Positions 24,942 through 35,889 of a stretch of DNA of 64,000 nt are shown piece after piece (position 1 is the first letter of the stretch; each line of letters starts with the position of its first letter). The stretch comes from Setoptus koraiensis (taxonomy: Eukaryota; Animalia; Arthropoda), in NCBI GenBank assembly GCA_048013815.1, contig CM106586.1, positions 18,228,001 to 18,292,000 of the forward strand, written 5' to 3'. The notes under the pieces were generated by a model. The model did not search any database and was not told where the DNA came from. It worked only from the letters and a program-made list of their open reading frames with translations. The position numbers and the translations under genes were made by a program.

Positions 24942-26078
24942 CTCAATACTATCCGCTTACATACGAATGTAAACGACCAGAAATTTTTTTACGTTTTAGT
25001 ACAGTTTGATTTTATCTCTTCACTTCTTTCCATTCCATTTCCGATTAACTTGGTAAATTTCTTTCGCCAGTTGTTGAATGTGTTGTTTTGAAATTGCACT
25101 CTCCTCAGCGAGTTGTATCACTAGGATCAGTCACATCAGAATATTCCCATGGAGCGTCTGCGACCAAATGTTTAGAATCGCTCTTCATGCACCATATATT
25201 GCCAGCGTCAGAATCTTGTTGGTTCAATCGTTTTGTGTTCATTGAAGCTGCCTTGATTTTCTTATCGGACATGTATGAATACTCGATGCCCCAGTCAACC
25301 ACATGTCGATGAAATCCTCTCTGCACGCACTATACAGCTTATTATTGATGGCCATGTTTTGACATTCTAACCATGTTGGTGAAAACCGAAATGCATGTAA
25401 TCTCTCAATTACTAAAAATATCAGTTTCTTTTGGTCGCATTGGCGTCCGAAACTCTAAGCGTGGCGTAACTTGAGTCACAAGCAATCTTTTCACAGGGTC
25501 CAGTATAACCCGTGTGAAATATTCCAGCTTTTGATAACTTTTTCCAAGAGTAGTATCGAGTGATAAATATCACCAAAACATGAACACTGGAGGCCCTCCA
25601 GTGTACATTGTTCCACCAAGCCACCGAGTCATGGGGCGTCCCAGGACTCGCTATCTCCTTACCATAATCTCAACCTTTGTATCGATTGAATGCTTAGCTT
25701 GAGAAACAAAACTGTTTTATAGGTATTCGATGAACGAAAATATTGTCAGGGTGAAAGAACAAGATAGTTTCGACACACACAAACCGCTTGAACTGACACG
25801 ATTTTGAGGAGAGGTATTTATGGTCTGAAATCGGGGTGTTCGCCCGTGCTAGACTGGCGATGGCCAGATCCGGGACACACTCCCATCGTAGATACCGCAC
25901 CCGTTCTTCTGAAAACCGCAAGCTCTCAGATTAGAAAGATTAATTACTAAGGAAGCATTGACTAAATAATCGGAAAATTTTGTAGAGATAATGCAATTTT
26001 ATTACTCGAATGTAGCATAACATTTTCAAGATAGCGCAGAATGTGCGCTCATATTGTAGTATTTTGCATCTCCAAAGT

Positions 26079-27041
26079 TCATTCGCTTTCAATTATCTCA
26101 TTGATCCATCCAAGGAAACTGCTGACCTTAGTGAATATGCTAAAGCCATTACACTTCTTCTTTGCAGCAGAAATGACGCCCTGAATGACCCACTGGCCAT
26201 TTTTGCGATGAAAAGAGGCTGGCCCTCCCGAGTCACCGTTGCAAGCCGAAGCTTCCGAATGACCTTTTTTATCCAATTCACCAGAACAAATCGTAGTAGC
26301 CTCATATTTTCTTCTCGATTCTACATTGATTGTGACATTGGTTGCTTTACTGAAAAAGCACATGTCACCATCTATTATGGGCTGGTCAATGGTTCTCGCT
26401 ATTTTTGTTAGTGATGTGCCATCTTCGTTTCTGCCCCGACCAGCTAACCTCAATGAGGTTCCAAGTTCTAATGACGGATCTTTAGCGCCAGGCAGGCAGA
26501 TTGGTCTGACATATCGAGTCCACTGTAGAGGCTTGTCTAATCTAATCAGTGCGATATCATTTACAGGGATGCCAGGTATAGGTGACTTCTCTTGATTAAC
26601 GTAGTCAGGATGTATGTATATCCTTTCACCTTTTCGAATTTGCATTGGTCCTCCGCTTCCTGCATGAATTTCTGCTGAAATTCCCAGATCAAAACAATGA
26701 GCAGCCGTCAGTACAAAATTTTTGGAAATTACGCTCCCTCCACAGAAAATCTCATTGTTTATTATAGTTACCAACCAAGGGAATTCCCCTGGCTGCTCGT
26801 CTCTGCCACCAATAATAGAATCGATCCTGTCAACTTCAGTTAGTCCACATTCTATCGAGTGATCTTTCCCTCCTTCTGATATCGCCTGAAGGTTGTGTTT
26901 TTCTTGGTCACCTTGCCCATTAATAGAGATACTCTTATGATAATAGTTTTTTATAGTTGAGTTGTCCTTCAATAGCTGGAAGGGATCTGCTGAGACCCAA
27001 AATATACCAAGGGATAACAATAAAGCTTTTATTAGTAACAT
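26079..27041 (-). CDS. Secreted S1A serine protease copy 1 (intronless, 320 aa, Ser189 non-trypsin pocket)
   Basis: Signal peptide MLLIKALLLSLGIFWVSA, IIGG, TAAHC, NDIAL, SACNGDSGGP; first ATG at 27041. Confidence 0.93.
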   Translation of the reverse strand: MLLIKALLLSLGIFWVSADPFQLLKDNSTIKNYYHKSISINGQGDQEKHNLQAISEGGKDHSIECGLTEVDRIDSIIGGRDEQPGEFPWLVTIINNEIFCGGSVISKNFVLTAAHCFDLGISAEIHAGSGGPMQIRKGERIYIHPDYVNQEKSPIPGIPVNDIALIRLDKPLQWTRYVRPICLPGAKDPSLELGTSLRLAGRGRNEDGTSLTKIARTIDQPIIDGDMCFFSKATNVTINVESRRKYEATTICSGELDKKGHSEASACNGDSGGPASFHRKNGQWVIQGVISAAKKKCNGFSIFTKVSSFLGWINEIIESE

Positions 27042-27246
27042 TCTGTTGATGATCAATAGTGATATTGATTTTGCACGAAGAGGACAAATGTAATTCTTGA
27101 TTTTCCGAGGACTTTCAACTATTGAACGAAGTTGTTATGTTGACTATTTGTAATTTTGATTTATTACTTCTGGATGAGATTCAAAAACGTTTAGTTTGAT
27201 CAAAACGACTCGACATGAATAAGACCAGCTACATCCATGTAAAAAG

Positions 27247-27254
27247 CTTATATA
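27247..27254 (-). promoter_or_regulatory. Candidate TATA box (TATATAAG) of the protease; conserved in all three cassettes
   Basis: About 205 bp upstream of the ATG on the coding strand. Confidence 0.5.
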
Positions 27255-28765
27255 CCATTGCTAGCCTCAAATCATTGGAGGCATACTCGATTGTCTTCAA
27301 TGGTATGTTAAGCTGTGACAAATTGCCTCGCTCTCGAGTTGAGTAAACTTACTATCTCTTTTGTGTCATGCTGGCCTGAATTATCTTCACCGGACGCAAA
27401 GATTCAGGTACATCTACTTGCCATCTCAATCTAATGTCAGAGACTAGCAGGACCCGTAAACAGCAGTGTGTGAAATTGTAATCAAATGAAACTCTAGCTT
27501 TCTTTTGTAATAGGAACATAATTATGATTTTATCCGACCCGACTCACACACATAGGTCAACATTTTACATCTAAGCGCCACATGTATTTACAAGCTAATC
27601 AAATCTTTCTTCGCCTTAAGAAGGGAGACTTTGCAATTAGTGACACACTTTTCGCTGGACTTATGTTTTGATTGTAATTTTTGTTTGTTATAAGTTGAGT
27701 GGCTCATTGGAAGTTTAAGGCAACATCAGATAGGATGGATGACTCTTGTAAATATCGGCATGATCCAAGGGACGTGTTTATGCATTATTAGTTAAGAGTT
27801 TTTGTATATGAAGAAAGTACAAGCGATTCAACTAATCGTTTAACGTCGTTCAACTCTTCTGACCAGCCATTTGGAAGAAGACTTTCTGGTTGTAACACTT
27901 TCTTGTGAGCCTCTTTGCGCAACAAATCAGACATCCCCACATCTTCGATATAGATAGCAAAATCAAGCCAATAATGCCGGAGTTGCAATTTAATTATCAA
28001 CAGTTACACTCGTGATCTATGATGGATATTCTTACGACTCAACGAGTTTCTACCGAAAGCCTTAAAAGTGCCAGAAGGTCGATAGCTTCGTCACTTTCTA
28101 CCAGATTATAAGCCATAGTTAACTCTTTGTGTCGTTGCTGCAACAATTATCATGAGTTGGTAAAAAGTCGCAATTGCTCAAACTACGAGTGACTATTATG
28201 AACTGTTTCCACTGCCAATCTACTTTAGAGCTTTAGTTTGAAGTGTCTGGTAAAATAAGCAGCATCACCATTTCTGTACTGTGGAACAGACTAGACATTC
28301 CAGGAGAGGTCCTGCTCTCGCAAACACAATGACTTTTAGTGTTTCGGGGTGAGGGCCGGAGTGAGAGCCGGAGCGAGAGCCGGAGTGAGAGCCCCGCGCT
28401 AGAGTAGCAATGCCGAGATTCGAGCTAAAGAATTCTCGCTCTGAAAATAAACCGCAAGGCTATCCTTTCCTTCAGAGAATCATCCAGGAATCTCCGCTTG
28501 TACGGTAGAAACAACGAGTTCCAAAGATTCGAGAGAAATGATAACTTTGATTTGAGCAAAATTAATCTAGGTTGGATGAATCGGAGCTCGAAGGAAAGAA
28601 TCTCAAATCTGTTGTGCCGAGGCAACCAATGAGCACATGAAAATTAGTACAAACTGTTATAACAATGGTCATTTATTAAGTTAGCATTAGCTAATTAATC
28701 CGATGCGTTGTTTATCTCTCACATGGATATAGCATTTCTGAACAGTGATTAATTACTTGCATATT

Positions 28766-29150
28766 CTAGTAGCTGGCTCTAGTACCTTTACATGCTTCTT
28801 CGCATTCACTCTTACTTTTGAAATTATTCTGATTGGACCCACAACCTCCCCAGACGAATTTTCTGCATTCAAATTCCTCAGAATCAAAGTGCCATCTTTC
28901 CGCGTATGCCAAACAATGTCCCTTTTCCCTAGGTAGGTGGCAGATTTCTAAAGTTAGTGTTCATAACAATAGATATAGATTAGTAGATGCTTGATTAGTA
29001 GAGCAGTAGTAGCTTTCGGGTTAGTTTATTTTACCCCGAGCTGCCATGTAGATTGAAGTATCACTTACTGTTTTTTCGCCATCTTCCTAAGGCTGAACTA
29101 ACCAGCACTAATAAGCAGATGGCTACAAAGATTCTCGCTGTTGGTGACAT
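28766..29150 (-). CDS. Secreted single-domain Kunitz/BPTI inhibitor copy 1; exons 29150-29069 and 28947-28766, 87 aa, P1=Leu
   Basis: Hand translation: MSPTARIFVAICLLVLVSSALGRWRKN-K-ICHLPREKGHCLAYAERWHFDSEEFECRKFVWGGCGSNQNNFKSKSECEEACKGTRASY*. Six Cys with exact BPTI spacing (x8,x15,x7,x12,x3); phase-1 intron GTAAGT..CTTTAG. Confidence 0.93.
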
Positions 29151-29496
29151 TATGGTTATTATTGTTTTCCTCAAGATTTCAGACGGATGAATCAAGTTTT
29201 TATTCTGATAATTGTGGTAGAAATTCAGTTGAAACAAACAAGCCTAATCGCCACTCAACTCAAACTGCCAAATGTCTTGTCTGATCGACACGACTCGTCG
29301 AGACTAAGACCAGCTATTTTGATTTGAAAAGCTCGTGTAGTATCAAGTTACACCACTTTCTGCCAGATTATGAACCATAATCTACCTACCGATTGCCTAC
29401 CGTTCCTGATCCACAATATTGGCAGCATGTAGTGGAAAATCACAATGTTTCGAGCAGCGAGTATTAAACGCTCCTACTATTCCACTACTTTACACC

Positions 29497-29504
29497 TTTA
29501 TATA
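29497..29504 (-). promoter_or_regulatory. Candidate TATA box (TATATAAA) upstream of the Kunitz gene
   Basis: About 350 bp upstream of the ATG; would likely need a 5'UTR intron (a GTAGGC donor lies at ~29400). Confidence 0.35.
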
Positions 29505-30501
29505 GAGCCCTCAAGATGTTTGTAGTAGTCTTGGCGATGCATCACTCTCGTCCCATCTCTGCGCCATCTGAGAGCAAAAGAGCTCTCTCAAATTTTGTGC
29601 AGAAAGTTGAAACAATTATACCAACTGCACGAGGCACAGATTTCCCCAAACTGTGGCTTCACTAGCAGAGCTCAGGTATGGTTGGGCAGCGTCAGGCTTT
29701 TTAGACTTCGAATCAACAGTTTGTATCATCATCTGGATGGCTCCTCGGAATGGATTTCTAATGATTCCCTCGCCATTTTTTTTGCCCATAGAATCTGATG
29801 GCTTGCGCCAAGCGTTCGCTCCACTACATTACGGCAGATTGAACAACTCTAATCAATTCAAACTGAAATCTCACTAACTTGGGGACATTCTGACTGGCCA
29901 TTCTGTCAATACCCCATCTTTCCGTCTGCAGACGGCAAGCTCCGTGATGACCATTTACAACCCACTTAGGCACACCGATTTACCAGCGTTGACAGGAGTC
30001 AAAGTAAACCAGTGATTTCTTTCGCAGATTATATTCAAGTAGAGGCGTTGGCTGTAGCAAGCAAAATTTTCCGGTCGATTCTTTCTTCTGTATTCAAAGT
30101 TTTCTTTTTTTCTCTCTCCAATTTCTAAGAAAAATTCATTATGAACAGCCACGAAATGTAAGTGAGAAATTTTCAAAGCCTGAAGCAACGTTGTTCACAT
30201 CAGCATGAAAAGATATCTCGTTACTATGGAACGTACGTTGTCTGCGCTTATTTCACCAGATACTACACAAGGATCTCCTCAAATATCCTTGAATGACGTA
30301 GAGATTAATGCTCGCGATGATAGTCTGGACAGAGCTCAGCAAATATCAGAGTTGAAAAGTGGCTAGATCTACAATCAGTTTTCTCTTGGCGCTGCATTAT
30401 GATTATCACAAACGATTGTATACTAGTTGGTGTGCATCAGGGTTAGAACGAAGCAAATGTTACTTTTCTATTAATAGAAGCGCATTCGTTTATATTCTGG
30501 G

Positions 30502-32195
30502 ATGATGTATTATGCACCATGTTTACATTTGAGTGCGATCTACTTCCTAATTGCTCAACTAATGGGCTCATTGGAGTTCGAGTTAGGTTCACACGGAGAG
30601 GCAAGAAATGAGGTGAGACAACATGATTGGGAGGACCAACAGTCAAATCCGATTGATTGGGATGATCTTTTGTCATTTGGAGGACAAACAACGACAAGGA
30701 AGAAACCACGAAAAGTTACTTCGAAGAAAACAGATTCACCAAAGGGAAGTCAAAATGTTGAGTGTGGAATCCGCGAGGACTCTCATAACAAGCCAGTCGG
30801 TAAGATGTATAGATTGATTCTTTCATGTTTGCCTCTTTGATATCTGCAACAATATGCCCAATCACAGAACTAGGACGTATCGAAAAGTTGTTTTGGTTTT
30901 GCAGTGTGGCCAGCATGAGCTATATTGAGACCATGAAAGAGGTTTCTGGTGGCTCGATCTTTCCAATTTGATTGGCAAGTTTTAGTTGCGGCTCGTGATA
31001 TATATCCAAGTGTGGAATTTCGCAAACAAAGGTCATCTAATGCATCGATTAAGTGCTGAGTGATCCATCTTTCGTTTCGTCCACAAATGATTTATATAAC
31101 TCAAGAATAGGTTATTTTGTTAAGGGCGGCGTAGAGACGGCGCCCCACCAGTACCCATGGATGGCACAAATATATATGGGCTGGAGTAAAAAAGCCGCTT
31201 GTGGTGGATCTATTGTGGACAAATCATTCATATTGACAGCAGGGCATTGTCTAGATGGGCCTGATACTGTTCTTGTCGGCGTTCACGATAGTGATAACCT
31301 AAATGATAGAGTGCAGTCAAGAAAAGTAATGAAGAAACATCTGCATCCCTCATACAGTAGTGACGACAACGAGGGTACTTTTGATGATATAGCACTTTTA
31401 GAATTAGATAAACCACTGATTTACGGCGAATACGTTCGACCGATATGCTTGCCCGGGAAAGAATCGGCCACAGCAACGTTACACCGGAGCCAAGATAGAT
31501 CTGCGAGTTGCACTGCCCCTACTGGGAGACAGCCCTACGGTGCTAAAGTGTCAGGCGCAAAACAGGAGCGAATAAACAAAAATGGAGCCAAGATATCAAG
31601 CAGAAACAGAAAACCCAACAAAGCCAAGAAAAAAGAGAACAACAAAGTTGACGGGAGGATACCTCCGGTCAAAGCTAAAGGAAGGGGCACAAAAGGCAAA
31701 AATTATGAAAGAAAAAGACCGTTCCTGAGAATATCAAACAAGAACTCCGTATCGAGGAATATCAGCTTGAAGCAACGGCAAGCGAAACAAAAACGAACAC
31801 AATATAAGGAAATGATACCAGAAAGCGAAAAACGTGTGATTGTAGCTGGTTGGGGCGCCACTGAAACAAGAGGAGGCAGAGTGTATCCGAGCCGTCTAAT
31901 GCAAGCCACTGTGCCGGTGGTAAAGGGTGAAAAATGTTACAATTTTTATCAAGACCAATATGTACACGAAACAATGTTTTGCGCCGGCTATGACGATCCT
32001 GACAAGCCAGATACTTGCGACGGTGACAGCGGTGGGCCGGCCATGGCGCCCAATGATAACGGCAAATGGGTAGTGTACGGTATCACGTCGTATGGCACAA
32101 CAAATTGCGACTCGGGCTACGGGGTTTACACTAGGGTGTCCGCGTATGTTGATTGGATCAGGAATGTAATTGACAATAAATCTAATAACAAATGA
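30502..32195 (+). CDS. Secreted trypsin-like S1A protease with a large basic insertion; exons 30502-30799 and 31111-32195 (460 aa)
   Basis: Hydrophobic N-terminus; phase-1 intron GTAAGA(30800)..AATAG(31110); F-VKGG, TAGHC, DDIAL, DTCDGDSGGP (Asp189), ITSYG, GVYTRV. Confidence 0.88.
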
Positions 32196-33068
32196 CAAAA
32201 AATCGTTTTGAAGTGCGCAGTCCTCGGGCTGCGGATGCTCTAGAAATCTAATCATCTGAATGTTACGATTTCCGGCGAGCTTTGGGGCGAAATTTCTCCA
32301 CGCTATCCGAAGACGAGGCGACGACTAGATGGAAACATCGAAATCTTCAAGCAGCGACTGTTGGGAACAGTGATAGTTCCCAACAACGAGTGATCAAAAC
32401 CACGGCAATGTACGACGGAAGGACCTCATTGACAACTTGGACGATAGCTTATTATTCATAGGTATAATTCGTATGTCCATTAAACCTTTGATATGTTGAC
32501 TGATTTCCACCAGAAACGCGTCTGTTGTTCTTTCTGGCCGTGAGTTATAGATGTAGCTTCGATCGTATTTTCTTTAACGGGGCGCCAGCATGCGATTTGG
32601 CTTCGAAGCGGGCAATGAATTAGTGAGTTAGAATTTTCGAACCAAGACCAGCGCCTCTGGCGGATGTCTCTTGAACCGGGTGTTGGGCTGCGGGGTATAC
32701 CGCTAGCGCAGTACGCAAGCGCACAGTGATGGCACGCAGCCTGTCGGAACTTGCGAACGTTACCACTCGACTGTTGCGTGTCGGCGCTGTGCATACCCGG
32801 TACAGTTTATTATGGTATTTCAACACGGGCACTTTTGCCGCTCTACCCGTTTCCCGGTTCGCGCACGGACGCACCCCCCTCCAGCGGACCGAGCACAACG
32901 TGGTGTTGTCCATGTGATTAGACGTTCCATTACACACATTCTATTGTATTGATACATACTGATGGCCGATAGCTGTATCTATTTCTATATATTATTATTA
33001 TTATTATTATACATTTCATCTGATACATCAATTTTAACTTGCCTCAACTGTTAATTACTGCTCTCATA

Positions 33069-35375
33069 ATGCAGCCGGCTAAGCAGCAGCAGCAGCCTCA
33101 CCGGACTGGGCCACTTCATCAGACCAACAAAAAACACAAGGTTGGAAAGCACCAGGGCAAGACTACGGCAACCACAGAGATCAGGGACAAAGTAGTTGTG
33201 CCCAAATTCAACTCCAATCAACGTAAACAAGACCGACTGAATCAGGCCAACCAGATTAGAAAATTGAAGCGCGATCGCGTGATCGAGGAAAAGCGAAAAC
33301 TTGGCACACACTCGCAGCCACCTCTACTCGTGGGCATTCTAGATTTGGAGACCAAAATTGATGGCCAACCAACTCTATTAGATTTGATAAGACAATGCGA
33401 TGATACCATGACTGTCAAAACGATATCAAATAGACTACTCAGGGTCACGTCGCCTAGATTCAGAATGCGCTTTGATTTTCTCATGCTGGACGAGGACAAC
33501 TTTGACGAATCCTTGGATCTTTCTAAAACACTAGATTTATTATGCGTATCACATCCAATCACGTTGGATGATATACCCGTATCGCAGCTTCTCAAAACTA
33601 TTTACGTTCATTGTCTACCTAAAGTCATAAACGTCGTAACTGGTATCGCCGATATCCTCAATCCGAAAAAAGCATTAGAAACAAAGAAAAAAATAAGAGC
33701 CAATATGGACGATGACGATAAACTCTATCAAATTGACAAGCCTGTTGACGCCCTCCAACTTTTGCACGCTTTCAGTTCATGTAAAAGGCGAAAGTCTCTA
33801 TTCAAAGAAACTCGTAGTGCGCTTCTGGTTGAGAGATCTATCATTGAAGGAGACAAGCTAAAATTGATTGGCTATGTTCGCAATGGCACACTGAGTGCCA
33901 ACGATCTACTGCATGTTGTGGGTTGGGAAGACTATCAGATAGAGAAGATCGAAATATTAGATGACCCTATGCCAATGAAAAATACCAAGAATAGTGAAAT
34001 GTCACTTGCAACAATTATAACTCCCGATGCAATGAAACAAGAAAATCTCGAACAAGAAAATGAGCTAGATCCCATGGAGGGGGAACAGACCTGGCCAACT
34101 GCCGAAGAACTAGCGGCGGAGGCTGAAAAGCGCAACACGAAACGAGTTATCAAGAAGCTTCCGCCTGGCACCTCAGAGTATCAAGGAGCATGGATTCCAG
34201 AAGAAGAAGAGGTGCACAGCGAAACAGACAGCAATGAAGGAGATGATTCTGTGGAAATTGATGATACTCCATATCCACTCAATGAGCTGAATTCTGATAA
34301 CGATGCTATGAGCGACGCCCAATCAGAGTGTGAGACTATCCAAACTGAAACTAATGGTGCCATGGATGTCGATGAGTACGACAAGAATCATACTTTAGAA
34401 AGAGAACGTAATATTTTGGAGAAAATAAAAGAAGCTCGTATGGAGGAAATGTTTCCAGACGAAGTCGATACCCCATTGGAAATGCCAGCTAGAGTTAGGT
34501 TTGCCCGTTATCGTGGCCTGAAAAGCTTTAGGACTACAGAATGGGATCCCCAAGAGAATTTGCCACCAGATTACAGCAGGATATATCAATTTCAAAATTT
34601 CAGACAAACAAGAAGGCGTGTACTGAATGAAGTAGACGAAAATGGAGCTCAGCCTGGAAAGTACGTCTGTGTTAGTCTGAAAGACGTGCCTAAGCCCATG
34701 ATTGCCTATTTTGAAATTAATCAACACCAACCTGTTTTAGCAGTCGGTTTGTTAAAGTACGAAAGGAAGATATCCGTCATGAACTTTGTAATCAAGAAGG
34801 TACCCAATTGTCCCCTTAAAGAGCCTATAAAATCGAAGGATGAACTAATATTTTACACGGGATTTAGAAAATTTAAGGCTAGGCCCCTATTCACTAATCA
34901 TGGCCTGGCGAATAAGTTCAAGTACGAAAGGTTCTTTCGTGATGAAGCGGCCATGGTTGCTACCACTTATGCACCAATTACCTTCCCTCCCGCACCTGTT
35001 CTAGTTTTCAAATTGATGGACTCTGGAGAGAAAATTCTGGTTGCCACCGGATCTGTGTTAGATTCCAACCCCAATAGATTGATCATAAAGCGTATTAGAT
35101 TGAGCGGCCATCCATTTAAGATCTTTTCCAAAAACGCTGTTATTCGTTTCATGTTTTTCAATGCCGAGGATGTTATATACTTCAAACCTATCGAATTAAT
35201 AACGAAATACAACAGGCGAGGTCACATAACTGAGCCAATCGGTACTCATGGTCACATGAAATGTGTCTTTGATAAAAAGATCAAGTCGGACGACTGTATC
35301 TTTATGAATTTGTACAAACGTGTCTATCCGAAATGGACCTATCAGTCCATCAATAATTTAACAGGCAATGTTTAA
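33069..35375 (+). CDS. TSR1: Pre-rRNA processing protein TSR1 (Bms1/Tsr1 family), intronless
   Basis: HRTGPLHQTNKKHK, MDPMEGEQTWPT, FPDEVDTP, ARVRFARYRGLKSFRT, LSGHPFKI, RRGHITEPIGTHGHMKCVFD, LYKRVYPKW. Confidence 0.95.
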   Translation: MQPAKQQQQPHRTGPLHQTNKKHKVGKHQGKTTATTEIRDKVVVPKFNSNQRKQDRLNQANQIRKLKRDRVIEEKRKLGTHSQPPLLVGILDLETKIDGQPTLLDLIRQCDDTMTVKTISNRLLRVTSPRFRMRFDFLMLDEDNFDESLDLSKTLDLLCVSHPITLDDIPVSQLLKTIYVHCLPKVINVVTGIADILNPKKALETKKKIRANMDDDDKLYQIDKPVDALQLLHAFSSCKRRKSLFKETRSALLVERSIIEGDKLKLIGYVRNGTLSANDLLHVVGWEDYQIEKIEILDDPMPMKNTKNSEMSLATIITPDAMKQENLEQENELDPMEGEQTWPTAEELAAEAEKRNTKRVIKKLPPGTSEYQGAWIPEEEEVHSETDSNEGDDSVEIDDTPYPLNELNSDNDAMSDAQSECETIQTETNGAMDVDEYDKNHTLERERNILEKIKEARMEEMFPDEVDTPLEMPARVRFARYRGLKSFRTTEWDPQENLPPDYSRIYQFQNFRQTRRRVLNEVDENGAQPGKYVCVSLKDVPKPMIAYFEINQHQPVLAVGLLKYERKISVMNFVIKKVPNCPLKEPIKSKDELIFYTGFRKFKARPLFTNHGLANKFKYERFFRDEAAMVATTYAPITFPPAPVLVFKLMDSGEKILVATGSVLDSNPNRLIIKRIRLSGHPFKIFSKNAVIRFMFFNAEDVIYFKPIELITKYNRRGHITEPIGTHGHMKCVFDKKIKSDDCIFMNLYKRVYPKWTYQSINNLTGNV

Positions 35376-35889
35376 AATCAAACAACAATAAATGATATAA
35401 TAATCAATACTGAATTGCATCTTCCTTAATTCAATCATTTTCTGCATACGCTGCTTCATATTGGGCGGGTAAGATGAATTTTGTTTTTATCATGAGATGT
35501 AGATATACCTCAAGCAACTCACACAAGCACGATACCAGCGAACTTAACTGGAGGGATTCGAGCTAAAGAACCCTCGCTCTGAAAATTAACCCGAGATCCT
35601 GCTCGGCCGATCACAATGACTTTTAGTGTCCGGTGGGAAAGACGGGGTGTTCGCCCGTGCTAGACTGGCGATGGCCCGATCCGGGACACACTCCCATCGT
35701 AGATACCGCACCCGTTCTTCTGAAAACCGCAAGCTCTCAGATTAGAAAGATTAATTACTAAGGAAGCATTGACTAAATAATCGGAAAATTTTGTAGAGAT
35801 AATGCAATTTTATTACTCGAATGTAGCATAACATTTTCAAGATAGCGCAGAATGTGCGCTCATATTGTAGTATTTTGCATCTCCAAAGT

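Larger units (their letters stand above)
25832..29700. repeat. Protease-Kunitz cassette copy 1 (copies 2 and 3 at ~35643-39480 and ~39735-42575)
   Basis: Three direct copies sharing the protease gene, its upstream region and a GC-rich 12-bp VNTR (28345, 38155, 42095). Confidence 0.93.

Noticed and set aside
27788-28000. 70-aa ORF repeated in all three cassettes (also 37597, 41537) and ORF 28425..28625
   Set aside because: Non-ATG starts and no known motif; identity is explained by recent duplication.
31455-31834. Basic insert interpreted as an intron
   Set aside because: In frame, no stops, no GTRAG donor and no pyrimidine tract before candidate AGs.
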